From NCBI GenBank assembly GCA_951406725.2, contig OX597827.1, forward strand, positions 67,270,001 to 67,334,000: 64,000 bases of DNA, written 5' to 3'. The stretch comes from Octopus vulgaris. Its lineage: Eukaryota. The position numbers and the translations under genes are program-made. The notes under the pieces were generated by a model. It had not been told where the DNA came from and searched no databases. It worked only from the letters and a program-made list of their open reading frames with translations. This document shows positions 12,501 to 26,284 of the stretch, one piece after another; the stretch's first letter is position 1; each line of letters starts with the position of its first letter.

Positions 12501-12505
<5 letters not shown>
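12311..12505 (+). mobile_element. Short Penelope-like (pseudo-LTR-derived) repeat with a variant hammerhead motif
   Basis: GTTT-CCGACGA-A-GAGC-TCC-GCAC-GAAA-CGTT-AAAC at 12366-12400. Homologous to 51560-51765 (-) and to fragments at ~23400-23495 and ~48930-49010. It sits in (TA)n. Confidence 0.55.
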
Positions 12506-12576
<71 letters not shown>

Positions 12577-12789
12577 GAGAGACAGAGAGATCAAGTAGAA
12601 AGATACATTGATACACTTTTCGACACGTAAATACCGATAAAACAGCATATAGAGGATAAAATTTTTTTAGAGCAGAAAAGTTCGTCGGCAAGCAGCCATT
12701 ACTTGGAAACTGATAAAGGGTCCTTTCTGTGTGTTAACTTGTCCTGTTTCCTATTTTTTTCTCGTTGTTTACGCATTTCACTCGTTTTT

Positions 12790-13115
12790 CCCTTCTGGGC
12801 AACCAGAAATAACATGATCAATTGTTTCTGTGAATTTTCCACAAATTCTGCACGAATGGTCAGATCCGGCTTTAAGAACGTTTGCATGGTAGTGTCTGGT
12901 ATGTAAGCTCTGATATTGCGCTTCAATATCAAAACCTTCTGTTGCTCCTTTCAGACCTGTCCCTTTTAGCCATTGGTGTGCTAGAGTTTGATCAATATCT
13001 GGCTTGGACAGGCGGTTAGGGTATTTGCCATGCAGGAATCTGCCTTTCCAGTTGTCTTCGATATTATTCATACAGGCCTTCTTTGCTTTTTGTTTGATGT
13101 TTTCTGCATCAGTAA
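12790..13115 (-). pseudogene. R4/Dong-type non-LTR retrotransposon fragment (post-RT linker and CCHC knuckle)
   Basis: WKGRFLHGKY...HQWL...TEGF..AQYQSL.TRHY...CRICGKFTETIDHVISGC aligns by eye with the 13353-14795 protein but is clearly diverged. Confidence 0.85.
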
Positions 13116-13183
<68 letters not shown>

Positions 13184-13184
<1 letters not shown>

Positions 13185-15216
13185 TTTTTTTTCTTCTTCT
13201 TTCAAATTTGCTATCATTTCTTGCCGAGTGTCTTCCCGACTCCTAGGGCAAAGAAACTCATAGTATACATTGGTAGGCCATTAAACCAAACTCAGTAGTT
13301 CGTTCATTTTTTTTTTTTAAGTTAAATTAAAATACATGAGCAGCAACAGTTCTCACATCGACAATGCTCTTCTCAATACGTGTGATGTACCAGTTAAGAC
13401 AATCTTTTGCACTTCTTGCAGGGATGGTAAGCCAGGGATCATTCTCATATAATTTTTGGTTCCCTTCTTGATCATTCCTAGTGCTCCTACGATCACTGGT
13501 ATTGTAACCGCCTTGAGATGCCACATTTTCTCAATTTCAATGAGTAGGTCTTTATATTTTCTGAGCTTGTCAAACTCTTTCGCTGAGATATTATGATCAC
13601 AGGGCATGCTCATGTCGATCAATAAGCAAACTTTATTGTTTTGGTCTTTCACAACAATATCTGGTTTATTGTCCTTGATGGTTCGGTCTGTATGTACTGG
13701 AAAGTCCCACAGAATGGTTACATTTTCTCCTTCAGTTACAGCCTCAGGGTGGTGATTATACCACTTGTCGGCAGTTTTGATATTGTAATGCCGACTTATT
13801 AGCCAGTGGAGATATTGGCCAACTCTGTCATGTCTTAATTTATACTCCACTGGTGCTAAGACTTTACATCCAGAGATTAGGTGGTCCACTGTTTCAATCA
13901 TGTCGTTGCAGAATCGGCATTTTGGGTCTGCTCCATTTTTCATCACATTGGCCTGGTAGTTCCGAGTTAATAGGCTTTGATCTTGAGCAGCCAGGATGGA
14001 ACCTTCGCTCTCTGCTTTTAGCCCTGAGCTCCGTAGCCACTGATGGGTTTGCTTCTGGTCAACATCAGCTTGTTTGCTGCGGGTCACATATTTGCCGTGC
14101 AGAGGTTTCTCCTCCCACCTATCAGCCAATTGCTCGTGCGCTTTTTTCATTGCCATCATTTTCACCTTCTTTGCAACAATAGTTGCCGTACTTCCCTCGG
14201 GTTGTTCAGTTTGGGTATCCTGCACGAGATCAATAGCAAATTTTTTGCTTTCCTTTATGATAGAATGAAGCTTCTTTCGTCTCTCGTGATTTTCCACGAG
14301 CTTTAGCATCCAGTCATTCGATATTTCGAGATATTTGGCCAGTCCAATTGTGGTTGTTTTGTAAGCTAGTTCAAATTGGATCAGGCCTCGACCTCCTTGG
14401 GCTCTGGGAAGGTAAAGGCGATCTACGTCTGCCTTTGGGTGGTGCATCCTATTACAACTCAGCAGCTTGCGTATTTTCCTATCTATATTCTTTACTTCAC
14501 TCATATTCCAGTTAAACACATTGTAGCTATAAGTAACAACTGGAACTGCTAAGGAATTTATAGCTAACACCTTGTTACGTGCATTTAGTTCAGATTTCAG
14601 GACTGCACGAACTCTCCTATAACATTCCTTCCTGATTTTCTCTTTCATGCTTGCATGCTGAATACCAGAGCCTTCATTTATCCCTAAATATTTGTATGTT
14701 TGTTCTTGCTCAAGCTCTCTTATGACTGTGTCAACATCTAACACGACTGAATTTGTGGTCTTCACTTTCCTTTCTGGAAAGTGGCCTTGGCACACTTCTC
14801 AAGTCCAAACTCCATCCCGATATCATCGCTGAATGCTTTCACGGTGCGCAATAGGCCTTCAAGTTCATTATTGTCTTTACCATAAAGTTTTAAGTCATCC
14901 ATATAAAATAGATGGCTTATTTTTTTATTGGCAATTTTATACCCATACCCTGTTCTGTTTAATTCACTTGTAAGGGGTATTAGGGCTATGCAGAATATTA
15001 AAGGTGAAAGTGAGTCACCTTGAAAAATTCCACAGTTGATGTTTATATTTTCTGAGGCAAGTACTCCATTAGAGTGGTATAATTGGAGATTCGTATTCCA
15101 CAACGACATATTGTGCTTCAGGAAGTTTGAAATCACAGGGGAAATTTTGAAGATGTCCAGCGATCTCAAGATCCATGGATGCGGTATACTGTCGAAGGCC
15201 TTTTTATAGTCAATCC

Positions 15217-15217
<1 letters not shown>
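13184..15217 (-). mobile_element. 5'-truncated R4/Dong-clade non-LTR retrotransposon (RT + RLE)
   Basis: Bounded by (TAA)n on both sides (13116-13183, 15218-15278). It begins at the RT motif IDYKKAFDS and has a ~170-nt 3' UTR followed by (TAA)n. Confidence 0.9.
13353..15217 (-). pseudogene. RT / CCHC zinc knuckle / restriction-like endonuclease ORF, 5'-truncated with one frameshift near 14762-14795
   Basis: Motifs GIFQGDSLSP, FYMDDLK, GMEFGLEKC, YKYLG, GGRGL, CRFC..ETVDHLISGC, RHD and KPDIVV..IDMSMP..K..KY (PD-(D/E)xK), split over ORFs 14762-15169 and 13353-14795. Confidence 0.92.
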
Positions 15218-15279
<62 letters not shown>

Positions 15280-15282
<3 letters not shown>

Positions 15283-15654
15283 CCTCTCGAGTAGTTCTTA
15301 ATTACCTGTTATTCTCTAGTTCAAAGCAGGCAACGACAAATCACCAAAGGTTTCAAGTAGTGCTTTCTCCTGTGACTCAAAGAGACAATACTCTCCTTAG
15401 AATGCGAGCTGTACCCAACAATACTGTCTTCTGCATCACCACAGGCCTGACAGTTGCTCCAATATTATTAAAATATTTCCCAAAACTCTTGGAAACTGCT
15501 CCTAAGGATCCAATTACCACCGGTAATCACCATTACTTTCCTCATGCCCCATAATTTTCCTATCTCGTCCCGCAGTGGCTGGTATTTTTCAATCTTTTCT
15601 GTTTCCTTTACATTTCACCCTCGAATCACCTGGTATAGCAACCTCTATTATCTT
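15280..15654 (-). pseudogene. 3'-terminal fragment of a third R4/Dong-type element (RLE C-terminus and 3' UTR)
   Basis: Minus-strand translation with frameshifts gives IIEVAIPGD...KIEKYQPLRDEIGKLW...PVVIGSLGAV...QKTVLLGTARILRRVLSL* (stop at 15377-15379). It is followed by (TAA)n at 15218-15278. Confidence 0.85.
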
Positions 15655-15824
15655 TATTATTATTATCATTACTATTATTATTATTATTACTACTATTATC
15701 ATTATTGTCATCATCATCATCATCATCATCATCATCGTTATTATTATTATCATTATCATTATCCTTATTATTATTATTATCATCGTTATCATCATTATTA
15801 TTATTATTATCATTATCCTTATTA

Positions 15825-15855
<31 letters not shown>

Positions 15856-15935
15856 TATTATTATTACTATTATTATCATTGCCATCATCATCATCATCAT
15901 CATCATCGTTATTATTATAATCATTATCATTATCC

Positions 15936-15980
<45 letters not shown>

Positions 15981-16030
15981 GTAGTAGTAGTAGTAGTATT
16001 AGTAGTAGTAGTAGTAGTAGTAGTAGTAGG
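15655..16030. repeat. (ATT/ATC/AGT)n compound microsatellite
   Basis: Direct reading. Confidence 0.95.
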
Positions 16031-16790
16031 TAGATTCAATAACGAATGGATAATATTTTGTTCGGTGTTCTTGGCGTAGTCTGTGATAAATTTATACGAC
16101 AGCTATTCCTGAAAGCATAATAGAAAATGATTGAGTGGAGAAGCAATTGATGACATGCCCATAGGTCATGTGTTTAAATCTAACTATCCGGAGCTCGCCT
16201 GTGTACACGGAGCAAGTTACTTAACTAAGCTTGTGTGCATATTTGTAATAAGAACCAGAGTTTTTCCTACAGAATTACCTAGATGCGAGAGAGGGAGGAA
16301 TACAGAGAGAGGGGGAGTGTTGGGTGAGAGAGAGACAGAGTGAGGGCAGAGGGAAAATTGATTCTCATTTGTTAAACGCAACATTAGTAAGCAGAATAAA
16401 GTACCGAATCTGCAGATCACCTTTTCACTTATCAATCAATCAATCTGTAAATTGATGTTTTTAAGCGCCTCACTCTCTTAACGCAAACAGATACACAAGC
16501 AGACGCATGCGCACACATGGAGACAGATTATATAAGAGAGGGATAGAGAGTGAGGGTAGAGAGAGAGAGAGAAAGAAAGAAAGAAAGAAAGAAAATGAAA
16601 GAGAGTTTATGTATGTCTGTGTGTATATGTATGTTTATATGTATGTATGTCTGTGCGTATGTATGTCTGTGTGTATATGTATGTTTATATATAAATGAAA
16701 TCATCTATATTGGGTAAGAAAGAGAAGCGGATATATATCCAGGTTATATATATATATATAGCTAGATTGATATACTTATATATATATACC

Positions 16791-16834
<44 letters not shown>

Positions 16835-17956
16835 GAACGGGAGAGGGAGAGAGAGATGTAGAAAGAAAGATAGATATATAATATATAAATAGATAGATAG
16901 ATAGATGCATTCCTACAAACTGAACCATGTGCGTACAAATATACACCTTCATATATAACTACATATAAATATATATATCCGCCGTTCTAATGCTGACTTG
17001 TTACCACTGGCCTGATACAGTTGCTTATCAATGGCCTCTAAGGTTATGTCTTCTTAACTGCTTTTCCCCTCCAGTGAAAATATATAATTTTGAGAGCAAA
17101 CGAAATTTCCCTAACCTCCGTTCTCTCACCATTGACAGGTTTTCCCCGTTTTTCTCATATTTTAGACTTGAATACCGAACATATACTTCTCGTTATTTAC
17201 GTATCATAATTTATACTCTAGCCGATCACGAATACAGCAGGTCAAGCGGAGAGGCTCACTATTCCCTCTGGCGAATCTGTTATCGCCGCCCTTTAGTATA
17301 ATGATATAATATAAGATCACTCGTGCTAACACATATTTGTACACACATAAGAAGGTAAAACCACGCACATAAAGAGTTTTAGTTAAATGCAGGTTAGGGA
17401 CACGATAATTGTCGTGGCAACAAATACATCACAACGTTGCCGATTACAAATCGTTATTGATTAAAATTATTCTCTCTACTATCCTGTAACTTTCGGCCTT
17501 TTGTCATCTGTTGTCAGAGAAATACTTCCATATAAATACTGTTTGTCTTTAGCACAGTTTTTCTTTCTTTCTCAATCTATCTATCTATCTATGAAGTGGC
17601 TTAATGGTTAGATCGTTGCACCCGCCATCTAGCGATCGTAATTTCAATTACCAGGCCGGGTGATACATTGTCGTTTTGGAGCAAAAACACTTCCTTTCAC
17701 GTTGCTCACTACCAGAATGTAAATACCCCCCCTGATGATATCCGGACATATCGTGGTCCAATTGTACATCTAACATCGCTTGAACGGTAAGGATCAGAAT
17801 CTAATGGTCGTATTGAAACATATGTAGGATTTTTATGCTTATTTCTTTTGATTTTGTTCTTATACGTATTAGTTTTTTTCATCGTGATACAAATAAAATT
17901 AACTAAGTATCTACAATATTTCTTCTCCATTTCCTTTTGTTAACTTTACTCCTTAA

Positions 17957-17991
<35 letters not shown>

Positions 17992-17992
<1 letters not shown>

Positions 17993-18141
17993 GACGGGAT
18001 ACTTTCAGTTTCCGTCTAACAAATCAACTCAGAACGCTTATGCTAGCCCGAGGTTACAGGAGAAAATACTGGCCTAAGTTGTCACACAGTGGGACTGAAC
18101 CCGGAACCATGCGATTGGGAAGCAAGCTCCTGAACAATCCC

Positions 18142-18146
<5 letters not shown>
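17992..18146 (-). mobile_element. SINE family C, 5' portion (degenerate)
   Basis: GGTTCCGGGTTCAGTCCCACTG head motif as in 49031-49430. Confidence 0.7.
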
Positions 18147-18209
<63 letters not shown>

Positions 18210-18244
18210 GAGATAGATAGATAGATGCATGCATGCATACATAC

Positions 18245-18292
<48 letters not shown>

Positions 18293-18371
18293 GTATATAT
18301 GTATATATACATGCACGCTTATATATGTAGATATATTTATACATATACGTATTTATGTACTTATATATACT

Positions 18372-18402
<31 letters not shown>

Positions 18403-18835
18403 GCCAGGTGGTACTATTAAGTTAGACATGGCCTGGGCCAATACTGGCCAAAACCTTTCTAAGTTATTCTAAGTTATATATTCAAAGACTTAGGTTCACT
18501 ATTAATAATAATCACAGAGAGAGGTTAGAATCAGTCTATGTTTATGTATTCCTGCAGTTTTTGCTTCATATCAAAGGAGACTGGTATTACGCATGCGGTT
18601 GAATAAGTATGCATGTATCAATTTACATATTTCGTTTCTATAAACGAAGGACAACACGAGCCGATTACGAAATTCACTGAAATAACTTTACAGACGCACA
18701 CGTGCATACACACGAATAAATTCATACAGCTTTTCCTGTACGCGTGAACGTACGTGCCACTTCGTCTGAATATATAAGTGCATAGTTGTGCACATATCGA
18801 TAGGTATATTGTATGTGTATGAGTGTGTGTGTATC

Positions 18836-18873
<38 letters not shown>

Positions 18874-18877
18874 CACT

Positions 18878-18909
<32 letters not shown>

Positions 18910-19997
18910 CACATATATATATACACTCACACATATATATATATTCAATATATTTGTTAGTGTATATATATATATATATGTGTGTGTGTGTAGATATATA
19001 TATATATAATGTCTGTACATATATCTGTACTCAGAGACACACACACCCAAACACACACACACACACACATACATGTTCAATTGTGTTCGTATGCGAATGC
19101 GTATTAACAGGTGTCTGTATTGTAAATGTGCATATGCGTGTAGATTTTCCAATGAACAAAGTTTTAATGATATATGCGTCAGAAAATTAATTAGTCGTTG
19201 GGGCTTTCAATTTTATTTTACGGCTGAACAGATAGTTAATTAATAATAAAGACACGTTTTCGAGATCTGAAAATTCAAAACTCGTTAATTTCACATTCGA
19301 ATAATGATTAACAGAATTTTAACGAATTTATTTCTTTAATGTTTCGTATGTTTTCGCTAAAAGTAATACAGTATCACCTCGCATTGCGAAATTACTCAAA
19401 AACTGCTTTTCATTATATTTTCTCGTGGCATCTACATTGTAGGGGTGGTAACGGTGTATGCCGTCTTTCTCTCTCGTTAGTATTTAATAATTTACACGTA
19501 ACTGAAAGCGAGAATATAATTTTAGCTTCTTTAAGAGAGAAAAATGTTGAATATGGTACTAGCTTCCATCAGGTGGAAATGTTATTATATTGCTCGTCGA
19601 ATAATCGATGTTTATTATTCATGTTTGTGAAATGTATGAGGGCAATGAAATGCCAACAATTACAGGATGTCGATGAAAATGTTTCACCTATGTTCTTTTC
19701 TGTCCTGCTTGGTAATATTTGCATTCCCGACAAATTTAATCCTTAAACTTCAGGAATATAGAAAAAAGTAAGTTCCTGTTAAAGTACCCTAAATGATTAA
19801 TCGAACATGTTAAGAGTAACTCTGTTTAACCCTGTAATCAATGTTATGCATCGGTGCTTATGGATTCACTCTTCATGATCTTAACCTATATGTTCGATTT
19901 CTAAAAAATCGAAATGGGAATTGGTTTTCTAAAACGTTGATTGATGTTTACATAAGTCGGATTCCATCGCCATTTAATGAAGGTAAGGTAACATTCT

Positions 19998-20340
19998 TTC
20001 TTTTACTCTTTCTTTTACTTTTTCTTTTACTTGTTTCAGTCATTTGACTGCGGCCATGCTGGAGCACCACCTTTAGTCGAGCAACTCGACCCCGGGACTT
20101 ATTCTTTTTGTAAGCCCAGTACTTATTCTATCGGTCTCTTTTGCCGAACCGCTAAGTGACGGGGACGTAAGCACACCAGCATCGGTTGTCAAGCAATGCT
20201 AGGGGGACAAACACAGACACACAAACACGCACATATATATATATACATATATACGACAGGCTTCTTTCAGTTTCCGTCTACCAAATCCACTCACAAGGCA
20301 TTGGTCGGCCCGGGGCTATAGCAGAAGACACTTGCCCAAG
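19998..20340 (-). mobile_element. SINE family C, 5'-truncated
   Basis: Near-identical to 49090-49430, with the (GTAAAAGA)n tail. Confidence 0.9.
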
Positions 20341-20983
20341 ATTGTTTCGTAATTCTTCTCATTATGTTGCTCTTATGACAATTATGCATGCACAGAATTA
20401 ATTTCGGGAAGGTCTAAAATGAATAATATTTAATTAATTGGAAAAATGATGAGTATGAAATGCAACGTGCTTGGTTTACAATTCCAATGTCTTGAGACGG
20501 ACACTTGAGAGACATAAACGCGAAGAGAACTTATTCCGGAACTATGACGTTATATGACGGAAATATTTTAATTCTTGATAAATGTAGAATCTGAAAGAGA
20601 CAGTAAGGGTCAGTAGCGTGACGAGAGAAAAAGGTGCCATATTTATATTGTTTCATGTTGTGGGTCTCAAATTTCAGAATTTACATTTTTTTTACAGTTC
20701 GATTAGCTCACGCCACTCTACTAACCACTTGTATTGATTTAGCAGCGTCTTGTATTGTTAACTCGTATTTGCAGTTATAGAAAAAAAAAAAGAACAATTC
20801 TTGTTCCGAGTCTGGTCTCCAATCAAAATCGATAGTTTTCAAACAATATGCAAACTTTGAGTCATATCGGTCTCAATTCCTTCGGATTTCAATTAGTACC
20901 CCTTCCCAACTAATTTCACTATTTCCCTATTTATGGATAACGTGTATATAAATACATAGATACAGACACACACACAGTTACAC

Positions 20984-21034
<51 letters not shown>

Positions 21035-21083
21035 GCACACACGCGCACACACACACACATACACACACACATATATATATATA

Positions 21084-21304
21084 CTCTTACACTTCTACTT
21101 GTTTCAGTCATTTGACTGTGGCGATGCTGGAGCACCGCCTTAAGTCGAGCAAATTGACCCCAGAACTTTTTCTTTGTAAGCCTAGTACTTATTCTATCGA
21201 ACTCTTTTGCCGAACCGCTAATTTATGGTAACGTAAACACACCAGCATCGGTTGTCAAGCGATATTGGGGGGACAAACACAGATACACAAACAGATACAC
21301 ATAC

Positions 21305-21402
<98 letters not shown>

Positions 21403-21565
21403 GACGGGCTTCTTTCAGTTTCCGTCAACCAAATCCACTCACAAAGCTTTGGTCGTCCCGAAGCTATAGTAGAAGGCATTTGCCCAAAGTGCCACGCAGT
21501 GGGACTGAACCTGGAACCATGTGGTTGGTAAGCAAGCTACTTACTACACAGCCACTCCTACGCCT
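21084..21565 (-). mobile_element. SINE family C, full length, with an expanded internal (TA)n
   Basis: tRNA-like head AGGCGTAGGAGTGGCTGTGTAGTAAG...GGTTCAGTCCC, CORE-like TTGGGCAA.TG motif, internal microsatellite and 3' stem-loop CAGTCA-AA-TGACTG. Confidence 0.9.
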
Positions 21566-21902
21566 ATATATATATATGTGTGTGTGTGTGTGTAAACTAT
21601 CTCCTGTTTGATTCCTAATTTCCCGATCGTGTGCAATGTTCATGATGATGATGAAAATGTTGATGTTGATACTGATGATGGTGTTGTTGAATTCAACAAG
21701 CTCGACGCCTTGGTGGTGCAGACAGTATTGTGGCTTCCTGTACTTAATCACCTTCCTCTATATCTTGAGTTGAAATGACGCTGCGCAGAACTTTTTCCCC
21801 CTTCATAGGATCGATGAATTAAATATCGTTATCGATCAAGTACTGGAATGGACATCATAAAGTGAAGAACCTCAAATAAGGTTTTGAATTTTTAAATTAA
21901 AA

Positions 21903-22207
21903 CCGGGGTCGATTAAATAAGTACCAGTTACGCACTGGTGTCGATATAGTCGACTTAATCCGTTTGTCTGTCCTTGTTTGTCCTCTCTGTGTTTAGCACC
22001 TTGTCGGTATTAAAGAAATAGGCATTTCATCTGTTTTTTCGTTCTGAGTTCAAATTCCGCCGATGTCGACTTTGCCTTTCATCTTTAAATTAAATACCAG
22101 TTTCGTACTGGGGTCGATCTAATCAAGTGGTCCCCTCCCCAAAACTTTCGGGCATTCTGCCTAGAATAGAGGAGAATATTCTAACGTTTCTGCCAGCTCG
22201 CCGCTTT
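21903..22207 (+). mobile_element. SINE family B (5'-truncated), followed by a short inverted head fragment
   Basis: Core and tail motifs. 22180-22207 is the reverse complement of the family B head. Confidence 0.8.
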
Positions 22208-22675
22208 AGTAGACAAGAATATTGTCTGTACTACTAATTCACTCAACCAGCACATTCTACAAGCCTACGATAATAATTACGATTCTTGATATAAGGGGCA
22301 AAAATACGCAGAATATGTGAATATGTTTCAGAGGATTGAGTGGCTACAAATTACATTATTTTTCATAGACCCAAGTGGAATGAAGGCCAAAGATTATATC
22401 AGAAATATATCGAAATCATAACCCTAAGAGACAAAAGAAATTATATAAGGAAAACTAAAATGTCATTCCACAATTTAATATTGTTATTCATGACTTATTA
22501 ACATAATAATGGAATGGAGTAGCATCGCAACAACGTAAAGATTAAATACTGAAAGGAAGATATGTTAACATAAGTTGTACTGATATTAGTAGAGTGATTC
22601 GCTCTGTGTAATTCCCAAAGCGTGGCGAAGTATATGACATCGTTATAATTCGTCTGTAATACTATATAAATTATT

Positions 22676-23295
22676 AAGGCTGCGAGCTGGCAGAAACGTT
22701 AGCACTCCGGGAGAAATGCTTAGCGGTATTTCGTCTGCCGTTACGTTGTGAGTTCAAATTCCGCCGAGGTCGACTTTACCTTTCATCCCTTTCGGGGTCG
22801 ATAAATTAAGTACCAGTTACGCACTGGGGTCGATGTAATCGACTTAATACCTATGTCTGTCCTTGTTTGTCCCCTCTATGTTTAGCCCCTGCTGGGTAAT
22901 AAAGAAATAGGTATTTCGTCTGCCGTTACGTTCTGAGTTCAAAATCCGCCGAGGTTGACTTTGCCTTTCATCCTTTCGGGGTCGATTAAATAAGTACCAA
23001 TTACGCACTGGGGTCGATATAATCAACTTAATCCGCTTGTCTGTCCTTGTTTGTCCCCTCTATGGTTAGCCCTTTGTGGGCAATAAAAAATAAGAAACGT
23101 TAGCACGTCAGGCAAAACGCTTAGCCGTATTTCATTTGTCTTTATGTTCTGAGTTCCAATTCCGCCAAGGTCGAATTTGCCTTTCATCCTTTTGGGGTCT
23201 ATAAATTAACTACCAGTTCCGTACTGCGGTCGATCTAATCGAGTGGTCCCCTCCCTCCAAATTTCAGACCTTTTGCCTAGAGTAGAAAATTATAT
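22676..23295 (+). mobile_element. SINE family B, trimeric, full length
   Basis: Head at 22676, unit period ~184 bp, second head at ~23095 and tail GCCTAGAGTAGAAAA. Confidence 0.88.
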
Positions 23296-24157
23296 TATAT
23301 AAATTATTAATGTGAGTATATACACACATATATATATATATATATATACATGGCCATTTTCTTTCTCCGTCTCCACTTCTTTGAAACGTGAAATCCTCTT
23401 TTTTATTTCCTTTCCTGAGCGTCCAATAACACTATACTTATTTCATGTCCTCGCGTTGTTGTATTTTCTTGCTTGTTCATGTTTGGGTAAACTATATATT
23501 TATATACTTTACACACACGCACACACACTCACACACACACACACACTCTCACACACATACACACACACACATATATATATATATATCCATATACATGTAT
23601 TTCACAGGCGCTATATGATAATAAGTCTGCTTCCTAACCACATTTTCCTAGGTTCAGTCCCACCAAATGGCACCTAGAGCAAGTGCCATGCATGTATATT
23701 AATATATTAAATCAGATACACAACCGATAGTTTTATTAAAAGTTTCCTGTTATTATGATACCAGGAATCGAAACCGCAATCTTACGATCATCAGTCCAAC
23801 GCCCTGACCACTAAGCCACCCGACTTCACCTTAGTGACCAGAGATGACTGAAAATTTCTCCAGACGACATGGATATGTTTGATTACGATATTTGGACGGC
23901 CGGATATTGTTATCATGACATTTCATATAACTTCTCAACCTGTATTTACTTCAGCAGATTTTTATCACTACGACCATGCTGGGGCACCCCCACCTATGTA
24001 TATATATATATATCTGTGTACGTGCGTATGTCAGTGAGTGTATGTATGTACACACAAACACACGCACGCAAACACACATATATGTGTATATGTAGGTTTG
24101 TATGCGTGTCTATATAGGGCTGTGTATATGCATATATATATATGCATGTAGGCACGA

Positions 24158-24201
<44 letters not shown>

Positions 24202-24383
24202 GTGTGTGTGTGCGTGTCTGTATATTTGTATGTATATACTTATGTAGGTATGTATATGTACTTTTAGTCAACAATAAAAAAAAAATCTCATCTTTATTTA
24301 TAATGTAAAAACTTATTTCCTCGGATTGTATAATGGCCTTTATTTTTTCCGAAGATTTTTCGTCTTAGAATATAAGAATATAA

Positions 24384-24432
<49 letters not shown>

Positions 24433-24911
24433 TATTATATTATATTATATTATATTACATATTATATATTTAGATATATGTGTAGAGTGGTCCTTTTTGT
24501 TTTCCCTTGCTGAAAGCGAAGATTTATAAATATATCTTCAGTAATTTTCTATGAAATAAATCGGATTCATTTTATTTTTGACGTTTTTAGTTTGTTTCTT
24601 TGTTTGTTTGTTTGCTTTATATTGAATTTCTTATATATTCTTTCGTAATTTATATGTTATACAATATTATACATTTTTGCAGCATTCATTTTAATGATAT
24701 TTTCTAAATTTCCTCCCATGACAGGCTCTATAATTTCTAAGACTCACTGAGTCATTTTTTAAGTCAATACATTCCAGCTATATATATATATATATATATA
24801 TATGAGTGTGTGTCTCTGTCTGTGTGTGTATGTGTGAGTGCCTGTATGTTTATAGATATATGTATATAATACTATATATATATATATATATATATAGATT
24901 CATGTGGATAT

Positions 24912-25014
<103 letters not shown>

Positions 25015-25029
25015 TGTATATATATAAAG

Positions 25030-25074
<45 letters not shown>

Positions 25075-25779
25075 CTTATTTATATTTATTGATTTCTTTC
25101 GGAAATATATTTTCCTTTTTTATACTTTGATCATTACATAACTTGGATAATGTGCACATGTTTATATATATATGTATATATATATATACGTAAATATATG
25201 CTTATGTATATGTATATATATATATACATATATACGTACATATGTGTATATATATGTATATATATATACATACATATGTGTATATATATGTATATATATA
25301 TACAAATATATACGTTTATTATATATTTATGAATATAGATATATATACATATACACATACTCTAGCACAGGCATAGATGCACTGACACACACACATACAC
25401 GGACACACATATTTATATACAGACACACACACACAGATAAATATATATAACAGACTTTTTTTTCATCTTCCTGTCTCTTTTAGTTGTGCTTTTATTCAGT
25501 TTCATTAAAATTTTATATCATTACTTTTAAATTCAATTGTGGCCAGCTTTATGACATTTCAATACAATACACCGTCTCGAATGTGGGAGGCGGAATCGGT
25601 AGAATATGCTATTTCTTTATGTTCTGAGTTTCAAACTTTACTTGTTTCATTGAATGGATTTCGTAAACTAAAACTTCGCAACCATGTATTTTCATTGCTG
25701 TAATATTATACATACTCAGCTCACAATATGTAAATATTGTTATAGTATTTTATCTTTTTAAAAAGGCGTGTTATTTCGT

Positions 25780-26210
25780 GGGAGAGAGGAAGTCGGTTAC
25801 ACCGACTCCTATGATCAGCAGGTACTTATTTTACGTATCCCGAAAGGATTAAAGCCAAAGTCGCCTTCGGTGGTATTTGAACTCAGAACATAAAGAATGC
25901 CGTAACACTTCTCAGCATTTTCCTTGCGAGGAAACGATTCTGCTAGCTTGCCGCCTTGCAATGTGTGCGATTTTGGCATAAGGACACCAAACTTAGGTGG
26001 GGTGTAAGTCAATGACATCGACTTCAGTGCTCAAACGGTGATTATTTTTTCTACCCCGAAAATAGTAAAGTCTACCTCGGCGGAATTTGAACTCAGAGCG
26101 TAAGAACGAATGAAATACTGCTAAGCATTTTTTCTGACGCATAGACGATTCTAATACTGGTCTCCTCCCCCAAAATTTCGAACCTTGAGCCTAGAGTAGA
26201 AAAGACTATT
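25780..26210 (-). mobile_element. Degenerate SINE family B copies
   Basis: Reverse-complement core (GGTACTTATTTT..CCCGAAAGGAT; GGAATTTGAACTCAGA) occurs twice, plus a + strand tail at ~26160-26210. Confidence 0.65.
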
Positions 26211-26284
26211 AAAGACCACAATTCAGTACAACATAGAATCCTCTTCGTTATGTACTTGCATTTCTCTTTGTTAAATGTTCAAAT

